Positions 55,021-64,000 of a stretch of DNA of 64,000 nt are shown here, in pieces. Numbering within the stretch: the first letter of the stretch is position 1; each line of letters opens with the position of its first letter. A program made the translations under genes and the position numbers. The notes beneath the pieces were generated by a model that saw nothing but the letters and a program-made list of their open reading frames with translations, ran no database searches and was not told the DNA's origin. Source of the DNA: Eutreptiella sp. 'Long Island Sound 2002' (taxonomy: Eukaryota > Protista > Euglenida); assembly GCA_964036045.1 (NCBI GenBank), contig OZ038379.1, positions 13,206,001-13,270,000 of the forward strand, written 5' to 3'.

Positions 55021-56759
55021 TATGTGTCGTTTTGGTGCGTTGTGCCGTGGGCAACAAGTGCTCAGTGCCTTGACAGCAGCAAACGTTTCTCAAGTGGCAA
55101 TGGCCAGATAAATTGTATTTGTATGTTGCTGGTACCATGGCACTCCGTTGAGTCCATGTCCACGGGCTTTATGCAGTGAAATTTATTTATTCCTTCATTC
55201 ATCCTGTGGTGGCGTATACCTCCGCCTGGGCAAGTCCTACTTGAGCACGTTATGTACTGACTGAGATGGCTGTCCAACACTGAGGAACCCCGTGCAGCAT
55301 GCCACAGCATGCCGCACCGAATGCTGCATGCTGCAGCTGACAACTTTTCTATCCTTCGACAATAGTGTTGTTGCTCCATACCCCAGCGTTGGGGCTCAGG
55401 GCCATATGGCCCTGGGCTTAACCCTAACTTGAAGCTGAACCCGGAATAATTACACGATTTTTGTAGTGTGGAGGGTCTCACGTGCTTACCCCCCTAGTTG
55501 CCCTCCCTCATCCACGTAGCCCCCCCCCCCCCCCCTTGCTTCTTGCCCCCCGCCCCCCGCCTCCGACCTCCCCCCAACAACATGGCTGCAACATAAATTC
55601 CTGAACTGATGCATCAAATGTTCCTGCGTTGCAGCGTCTGATTTTTGATTCTTTGTCACTGAACTGCAGTGACGTGTCAAAGCGCACACCTGGCGTTCTC
55701 TGGAATAATTGGGAGCGCTATGTTGTTTTGCCTGCTCCACAACCCCTTCCAAATATCAGCAGTCCACATCTGGCATGGTGGCATCCAAAGCAGTTGATAT
55801 CATTTTGTTTTTTTCATCGCATGCTGTTGTTTTTCCAATCTGCTGTCCATCCTCTGCGTGCCATGTCGAAAGGAGTTGCAGTTTGCTTGGTCACATTTTG
55901 ACTAAGGAGCGCTTGAGTGTGTCAAATATGTTGTGGGATTCGGCCATGATGTATGGCAGGGAATGGATTGCAAGAACTTGAAGGTTAGTGAGCATACCTC
56001 TTCTAATGCAACCCAACTGTGCATGGTGGTAGGGAGGTGCATATGATTTAGACAGGCTGTGGGTGTTCCGAATCCCACCCCAACAGTGTTGTACACGAAA
56101 TGCCTACGTAACACGATTGCTGTTGCCACAGCAAAGCGTAGCCGCCGTCGGTGTGGTTGGTGTTGCCTGTTGTAATTGTTTCATTTTTCCCATCGAGGAC
56201 ATGCTCTGTTTCAGAGTGTTATGGAATCTGCATTATTTCATAGGGGTGTTGGAGGTTTGGTTTGGGTCGGGAGTCCCCGTACAGCAGCGACGGCCAAAAT
56301 CGTTTCTGCTGCCCCCTTTGACCTTTGAAATAGACAAAATGGGAAGAGAAAAAACAAAAGCTGGCATATGAAAAGCATCTTTTTGAGACGGGTTTTATGC
56401 GCGGGTGCGGGCCGGGCGTGCTTTCCGACCTGCTGTGAGTCAGAAATTATGTTGGTTGTGGTCGAAGGGGGGGGGGGGGGGTAGACCGTTCACCATTCTT
56501 GCTGCCTCGCCTCTGTCCGGTCAGAGGCCTCCTGTAGCCCGGGATAGCCTTGGACTCGTCAGCAGTTAAGAAGCGCTTCCCTGGGGTAGAAGCAAGGAGC
56601 AGCATTGGGCAAGATACATGCAGGGGAGGGACAACAAGTGGCAGCACATTAATCAGAACCCCCAAAATACCACACCCAGTCCCAAATCACAGATCAAACT
56701 TGCTCTTTATTGACAACCAGGGAACAGAACTGCCAAATTGTGTCAAACAACACCTCGTG

Positions 56760-57715
56760 TTGTTTTGACAACAGCGTTGTTCTCGCAAAGGGGCTTAGTG
56801 CTGATAGCTCAAGTCCCCCATTCAGTGTCTCACTGGACACCATCGTCCCCCTACCCAACGAGCCTGAGGAGCTGCTGGCGTCTGTTACCTACTTCAGGCC
56901 CAGCTCCTGCAGTGCCGCATGCTGCTCCTCCTCCACCCGTGCCACCCGTTCTACTGCATACACCGCATGTCAGCACCAGCCCTCTTCTACAATGCGATCT
57001 GCTTGTTGTCACCATAAGTGTCAATGTGCGACGAACTTTATGTGAAACATCCCCTGTGGCCGCGCCAGACCAGCCCCCATTCTGTAATCCCCTCGTCATC
57101 TCCCAAAAGAAAGGACCGACGCTCATCATCTATGCCAAACCAGACCCCATACCCCCCAGTTTGTCACTGGTACGCTAGCTTAGAGGACCCAGCTGCAAAA
57201 ACCAACAGTGGCGAAAGGCCAATAGGCGCCGCCAACAGCAAACCAACTAACACCATGGCCCCGTGCCCCCCCCCCCCCTCCTTGACCCAGGTATGCGCGA
57301 TGCTGCTGCGGGAGACGAACAGCGACATTGTGGACGCGTGGCCATTCATCAGGCACCACCCGTTCCCGCCCGTGCCGTGCGCGTCCAAAACGGTCGCCGG
57401 GCTGCAGCTGGGCGCGGGCTCGTCACCCTCATCTCGCACACGACGCACCCGGACGACGTTCTGGGGCACGCGCCGTGCAGCAGCACAGCTGCCTGGGGCC
57501 TGATCGCGCTGCAGCTCCAGGCGTGGAACCCCTGGTACATGCTGGCAGGTGGATCTCAACCACCGCAGGGATGGCGGCATGGAGCACCCGATGTGGCTCA
57601 CGCTGGACCCCAACTAAGCTGATGCAGCAGGCCAACAGCATCAACCGGCTGTTCATCTGGGGTACCTGTTTGCTGCCTGCGTCCGGGAGCAGCAGGCCCA
57701 CCAACACGGCCTGAG
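56760..57715 (+). pseudogene. Frameshifted remnant of an unidentified protein-coding gene
   Basis: GC3-rich codon runs switch frame three times within 57291-57661: VCAMLLRETNSDIVDAWPF.../GLVTLISHTTHPDDVLGH...AWNPWYML/QVDLNHRRDGGMEHPMWLTLDPN/KLMQQANSINRLFIW. Confidence 0.5.
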
Positions 57716-58654
57716 GAAGGCGAGTGTCGCGCCGTGACCCGGATCGCGAATACTCGCACTGACCGTGTGCCGTCGGGATGGCAGGGCTTCTGTGCGCTGG
57801 TTCTGTAGGGCTGCGGAACCCGTCAAGAGAGCGGGGGCTTGTCTGTGCATGTGCGAGCGTGTGTGTGTGTATGTGTGTGTGGGTGGGTGGGTGCGCGCGC
57901 GCGAGCAGCTTAGCATCAAGTGTGTTCTGACGACTGAATGGAGCCTTTGAAATGGAATGCCTGATTTGATCGCGCTGCCGCCACTGCGGGCCTGTGTCAG
58001 GAGCGCGCGCGTGTGCGTGTAGGTGTGTGGGTGTGCGCGCGCACGCGTCCTCCCCTTGAACGATTTTTACTGTCTATTGCCCGCTGTGCGGCTGGACCCT
58101 TGGCGCAGCGGCCTGTCGTGGAAATCGGTGATGTCAGTGAGACGTGACACTCTGAGGTGTTTGGCTCTTCCTCAGGGGAGGGGGGAGGGCAGCAGGGCCT
58201 GACCCCAGCCCCAGATAACTGTTGTACCGACTTCAATCGGAGAAGCCCCATCATTGTATTGCTGTACACCCTTTGAAATTGTGTACCCGATGATCCGCAG
58301 TGGCCGCACCACCAACTGCAGCTCCGTTTATCATGTGTAAGTCACCCGTGTCTTTTTCAAGACAACGCCTTACGAGTGGCTCCACAATGACTCACAGGGA
58401 CTAAGCTTATGGCATGTGTATGGTTGCTTTTGGTACTGTGTGGCAGTGTGCAGTAGCACACTGTGACAGTGCAGACAGTGCATTATTGCGTCTGGTTGTG
58501 TATGGTCACACATGGTAGCGTATGGTGGTCTATGGTTGTGTGTGGTAGTGTGTAGTAGCAGTGCTATTTTTGCCACTTTCCCCCTCACACCTCCAGCTCC
58601 CAAATAAAGGAGGTCTAGGCAGCCACCGCCCCCTCAGCACGAGCTCCTGCACAG

Positions 58655-58715
58655 GACGTGGTGGAGGACTGTAATGTGGAGAACGTCACTCTCCTCGTCT
58701 TCCAGCAAGGCCATG
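58655..58715 (+). CDS. Candidate isolated exon (DVVEDCNVENVTLLVFQQGH)
   Basis: ctgcacag|GAC ... G|GTAGAG; GC3-rich codons. Confidence 0.3.
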
Positions 58716-58879
58716 GTAGAGTGTCAACTGGATTCACTCACTTTTTCTGCCTTTTTGAGGTTCTGACGTCGCAGAAGGGGTGGATGCACAGTTATACCGA
58801 AGCTATGTGCATCAGCTCTGCCTGTGCCCCCTTCCTGGCTGCAAATGAATCGCCTTTGCCAAGAGTCCAGTGCACCTGA

Positions 58880-58979
58880 AAACGATAGAACACACACAGA
58901 CACACACAGACACAGACACACAAACACACACACACACACACACAGACACACACAGAGACACACACAGACACAGACACAC

Positions 58980-59021
<42 letters not shown>

Positions 59022-59043
59022 ACACAGACACACACACACACAT
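58880..59043 (+). repeat. Compound (CA)n/(CAGA) microsatellite
   Basis: Seen directly in the sequence. Confidence 0.95.
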
Positions 59044-60799
59044 ACAACGCCCACAGTCTGCTCTTTGTAGACTGTCATGTGTGATCATCATTTTCAGGCA
59101 CCCTCCACTCCACCTGCAACTGGGAGGGTACAATTCCATGGGGTGAATATAGTAGCTGTGACTTGTAAATATTTCAGTAAGGACCTCCACTAGTGTCACT
59201 TCTAGAGTCAGACCCTTGGCAAGGGGTCATTTGATCGGGCCTTTCATCCATTTTGCTGTGTACTGCTTTGCATGTTTCCTCCAAAAAGGCGGCCAAAATG
59301 CTTTGCTAGGATCAGGCAGCCAAGGGGGGTTGGGGGAACCCTAAACACCCTTATGGCAGACAGGAAAGGCATTGCATGTGCACAATAATAAGTCGACATA
59401 AACAAGTGAAAACGGTATATGCACAGCAGGTAGGCTATTCACATATAGATTGAAATGGGACGATGCATACTAAGATAATCTGAAAATCTGAGAATATGAA
59501 TAATCTGAAAACATCATTTTCTAAAGCTTCTTTGCCACCGCACCAGTCCAACAGGGCCGTTGTGTTCAAAAGAGTTAACAATCACATTGAATCGATTAAA
59601 TGTTTCGACACATAGAGCGCCTGCGGCTCCTGCACATTGAGCCGGAATTACTGTTCCGTCATGTATTTTTGTGCGCTGATTGTGTGGAGATTTTCACCAC
59701 AGACTTACTGACCACAGACTTAGTGCCCCCTAGCACCCCACGGGTAACGCGGAGATGCACAGTGCAAAAAAAAAAAAAGACGTAGTGACCACAGATTTCA
59801 GAATCTTTCACATGTTATCTGAATCAACCATCCTGACATTTTCAGCCCAATCTGTATCAGAAAATTGGAGAAAACCCACTCGCAACAATCCATAACGGAG
59901 ACTGCATAGGCCTGTCATTCTGCAAAGCAACAACCAACCTGAACAATCATTTTCCAGAAAAGACGAATGAAAATCACCGATCCCGACTTTTACAATTGTG
60001 CTTCAGGCACTCGCTTTTTTTGCGGGGGGGGGGGGGGGTGCGGCGTGAGAGGAACCGAAAGAGGTTGCGAAAAAATGTGGGCAACATTGAGTGGTAATCT
60101 ACATCAAGATGAATCGGTGACCCTCCAACCACCATTTGTAGAGATTTGTGGTCTTTTTCTCCTCCTTTTCTTGGCTTGAACAATGCCCCAGGCTAAGGAT
60201 ATACTAAATCGTCAGTTTTTGCCACCTGATTGTAGCCTGTAGAGGACCATAATGGAGGGGACTACTTGTAGGATGCAGTGCTAACTCATGGCAAGGAACA
60301 GGTTTGTGCCTGCAAGCCACATGTGGTGTATAACGACGAAAAAAACCCAAATATGTGTCGATGCTGCACTGTGATTTGGAAGATTTGCAACATGTCTAGA
60401 GAACTCTGCATCATTGAGATCTTCGCAGCCAACGGTGATAGAATACCACACATTTTACGATTTAGACTTGATCGCGTTGGAGTCCCAATCATGTCAAGTA
60501 ACGACAAATGCATGACAGAACTCTACCAAGAATAGCCGACTTTGGCGGTACGTGGCATATTCAACACCATGTTGTGCTCCATGGGTGGACCGAGATAGTG
60601 CCCCGACAGACAAATGGTGTAGCCATCGTTAAACTCAGACCCTGCAATCACGAACGCCCGAAAGGTCATGTGTAGGCCCAAAGACTAGGTTGGCCCCGTA
60701 TGCCCTCGGTAGCCACATAAGCGCTGGCACATCCAACAAGGCTTGCAGCTCAGTGGTGTTTGTGGCAGCTAGCGCAGTAAGGGTAGAGGGATCTTCATT

Positions 60800-60890
60800 A
60801 GCTTAGAGGAATTCTCATTCACCTAGAGGAATCCTCCATGGCCTAGATGAATGCTCAATGGCCTAGATGAATCCTCAGTGGCCTAGAGGG
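60800..60890 (+). repeat. ~20-bp tandem repeat x4-5 (gcctagatgaatcctcagtg)
   Basis: Direct copies. Confidence 0.75.
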
Positions 60891-61248
60891 GTAGGGCGGG
60901 CTGCCCTATGGAACATTTGACATGATGAGACACAATCCGCACGTACAGCCCACCACTACTGAGCATGGACTGAGTTTCCATGGATTCATACAACCGTCAC
61001 AGCCGTGTAGCCACAAAGAACAAGACATTGCTTTTTAAGTTAGGGTATGTATTAGGGTGCCTTCTACAACGCACATAGGTGGTCCCAAAATGGCATTGTG
61101 GCTACCCATTGGTTGGAATTCATTTTCGTTGTCTGCTTGTATCGCCTGGCACATTTATTTGTTTTCTTCATCAAGAACTAATTTGGGTAGAATGCATTCA
61201 AACAATGTGGAGGAGGAGGAGGAGGAGGAGATGCGGTCCTTTTGCAAG

Positions 61249-61311
61249 GTGCACCCGCCCACCTGCCCCATGGTGGACGCCTGCTGGTATGGCGGCCGGG
61301 GTGGGTCCCAG
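61249..61311 (+). CDS. Candidate isolated exon (VHPPTCPMVDACWYGGRGGSQ)
   Basis: ttttgcaag|GTG ... CAG|GTGGTT; 63 nt; phase 0-0; GC3-rich. Confidence 0.3.
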
Positions 61312-62174
61312 GTGGTTTGGCGCCATTGTGGCGCGCAATAAAAAGCCTTGAGCGCTTGCCAGGCACACCGCATGTGACTGGTGCCCCAGGGGCGCCAATG
61401 AGGCGCCGCGGGGGCGCAACATCGAGGAGGTCCCTGCTGCAGCGGCTGCACCCGAGTCCCCCCGGTCCTAGCTGGGCCGCGTGGGGATAGGGACGCCCGA
61501 GGGACAGCTCAGCCCAGCACCTGCTTTGTCCTCCCTTGGGGGGGATGGGGTCGGCCTCACCCCACGAGCGCTAGGGGGGTGCATGACACTTGACCGGTGC
61601 CGAAGGGGCGTCAACGAGGCGCGGCGGGGGCACAAAATTTGAGGAAATCCCCGCAGCGGCGGCCTTCTAGGGCCCTCTTGCCCCAGCCCAGTGCTGGCCT
61701 TGTCCTCCTTTCTGGGGGATGGGGTCGGCTTGAGGCCACGACGTGCATTTGTCGGGCAAGGGTGGGCCGGCCCCTCTCCCTAAGGGGGGAGGGGGGGGTC
61801 CAAAGTGCTGCAGCGAGTTGTACGCCCCGATAGCCGCCTGTTGGTGTGGCGGCTGGGGCACAAGAACCAGCCCACAACGGCCAGCCCCTTCCGCCCACGG
61901 TTGGCTCCCCACTCCAAGGCGGCCCGAGTCCCCCGGTCATCCGACGGATGGGGATGGGTGTGGCAAGCAGGGGTCAACATGTGGGCGCAAAGGGGCCTGA
62001 TGCTTGGGGGTACGAACTTGACATCCTAAGGTGCCGGCCTGCACCCGGGATAGGCAGTTTCATTGGTGCAGAAAAATGACCACAAACCCCCAATAGTTCA
62101 ATAGATTTCGGCAGACAATAAGTTTTGACCACTATTGCTTTTTGAAATCAAATTTTTAGGCCTCAACGGGCCAA

Positions 62175-62895
62175 GGTTTCACTGTCAACACTGAAACTCG
62201 AGGTGAAAGGCCACATGATATGACACTTTGGGCCGTACCCAACCCCTCCCACCTGTCTACAACCCCCCCTCCCCCTCTTGGGTGCTAGTGGTGGTTCATT
62301 TGGGTGTGGTGGAGTATGCACGGACCGAAGTGAGGTTAATAGTGCAAGGTAGTTTCACTGCCAACAGTGAAACTACCTTGCACTGGAACAATTGTGCTAA
62401 TACCTCCAGGTCCTGGTGGAGTACCTTTCTTACTACCCGGGCTAGGAGTCTGGTGTTTCACCACTTGGTCACCAATATACTACCAAACATGTCTAAAAAC
62501 TACCAGTTTGGTAGTGCTAGCTGAGTACCCCCTACTCAACGGGGCACTTGCCATGCCCTGTGGGTGACTAGGTGGTGGTGCAGTATGCCACCTGGTGGCT
62601 AGGTGGGGGACGTAGCGGGAATCAAACCCAGCCCCCACTGGGACGAGACGAGGTGGCTATCTACTGGACCACACGACGATCCTGTGATATTTTGGGTTCC
62701 GTTTTTTACAGCTTTTTTCAAAAAAATATTTCCTTTCACTCGTTTTTCCTGCTTATCCATTAACACCACAATATGGGAAAAAGTTTCACTATTAACAGTG
62801 AAACTGTTTGAGGCCACTTACTCACTTACCTTGTCATCTCATCCACCCAGGCCACGTTATCACACGTAGTTTCACTGTCAACGGTGAAACTACTT
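62175..62895. repeat. Four dispersed copies of the palindrome AGTTTCACTG-N4-CAGTGAAACT
   Basis: Copies at ~62175, 62351, 62782, 62868; the 62341-62384 copy has a perfect 20-bp stem. Confidence 0.85.
62609..62680 (-). pseudogene. Degenerate tRNA-Glu/Asp-like sequence
   Basis: TGGTCCAGTAGATAG (A-box-like) ... GGCTGGGTTTGATTCCCG (B-box-like) at tRNA spacing. Confidence 0.45.
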
Positions 62896-63900
62896 CTGGT
62901 CATCAAGTACATATGGTAAGTTCCTGCAGCTATGTGCCCTTGTGCTTCCTTGTGGTTGTGCCGTGGTGGGGGGACAGCGTGTTAAAAGTCCATGAATGAG
63001 CAACAATTTCTCAAAACATTGGTTTCATATGGAGCAATGGTATCATTCTTTATTGGAGTTTGGTTGGGACATTGGGGGAAATTTTATCCATGGAGCTTGA
63101 TCACTTCCAATATGGGTGAAAGACACTTAATGGCTTAACTTTAATTCAAAGGAGGGTTTATCTATTGTATTATATGCCATGAGTTATTGTTTGTTATTCC
63201 ATCGTTTCTTCTTTGAACACTATTTGTAATATAGCACAACATGGGTGTTGGCCTTTGCTTTATCTATTTTTTTTGGCTGGTCTCATGGAGATTGAGCTGT
63301 TCAGTAATCTGCATTTTTCTCCAACATATGGTCGTTTCACAGAAAAAGATTATGATTTTCAGACTCAGCATAAAATTCCGCATCTATATAGTGGTCATAA
63401 GACTATTTCATTTTTTGACCATTTTTGCCCTGTGAGCGCGCCGCTTCCACTATGGGTGATTCCTACTGAGCTCTGAGGTCATTAGGGAAGTTCCTACTGA
63501 GTTCTGCAGACATGAATTTCATTTTTCCTGAGCTACAGAAAATTCCTGGAAGACATTTAAAGTGATTTTCTATCCTTTTTTATTATGGAGAAACCATTTT
63601 TCTTTCGTCTGTTTGACTATCTTTGCAGGAAGCCTGATTTCTGAGATATACCATTTTTGCCCTGATCTGAAGTCACTATTCACTGTTGCAGAGTGCAGAC
63701 TGAAGTCGCTTTAAAAATCCTGTGTGTTTCTGAAGCATACATGCATGCATACAAGCAAGCACAAGGCCCAACATCACCCATTGTTTGTCTGTTCATTGTA
63801 CAGCCCCATCAAGTCCTTTATTGGTTTTATTGATCCCATTTCTGCTCGTCTTGGAGTCTTGGTCTGGTTTTATCCCCACCGAAATCTTTGAGTACCTGAA

Positions 63901-64000
63901 ATGGAGCAGGAGCAAACACCAAGACAGGTGCAACCAGAGGATACCGAGACTATTCAAATAGAGGAACAAGATGCAAAGCGGGAATTTAACAGTGGTAGCA
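63901..64000 (+). CDS. Possible ORF start running off the window (MEQEQTPRQVQPEDTETIQIEEQ...)
   Basis: ATG plus 33 open codons; no recognisable domain. Confidence 0.2.
   Translation, partial: MEQEQTPRQVQPEDTETIQIEEQDAKREFNSGS

Noticed and set aside
1-64000. Spliced-leader RNA, 5S or rRNA genes
   Set aside because: No recognisable euglenid SL exon or rRNA-conserved motifs found by eye

Overview
Eukaryotic nuclear DNA, most likely from a euglenid. The Eutreptiella-like assignment is inference from the poly-G/C runs, CA microsatellites and repeat families I recall from euglenid transcript sets. I reconstructed two spliced minus-strand genes by hand. (1) A glycosyltransferase family 61 (DUF563) type-II membrane protein, 5 exons, 26280-20857. 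(2) A pectin-acetylesterase/Notum-family alpha/beta hydrolase, 11 exons recovered, 49983-32759, with GHSAG/YD/H catalytic-triad motifs and an uncertain 5' end. All 14 introns are GT-AG, and 10 have non-canonical GTNTG donors. The rest of the window is repeats and decayed DNA: a 6.4 kb 20/21-bp dimeric satellite with a 1230-bp higher-order duplication; a 5'-truncated non-LTR retrotransposon whose ORF ends in two identically spaced, unrecognised Cys/His motifs; a hairpin-rich 1.5 kb unit carrying a repeat-spacer array; several foldback/MITE-like units; tRNA-derived remnants; a 4 kb decayed coding island; and a frameshifted plus-strand coding remnant. No CRISPR-Cas, rRNA, intact tRNA or telomere array was seen.
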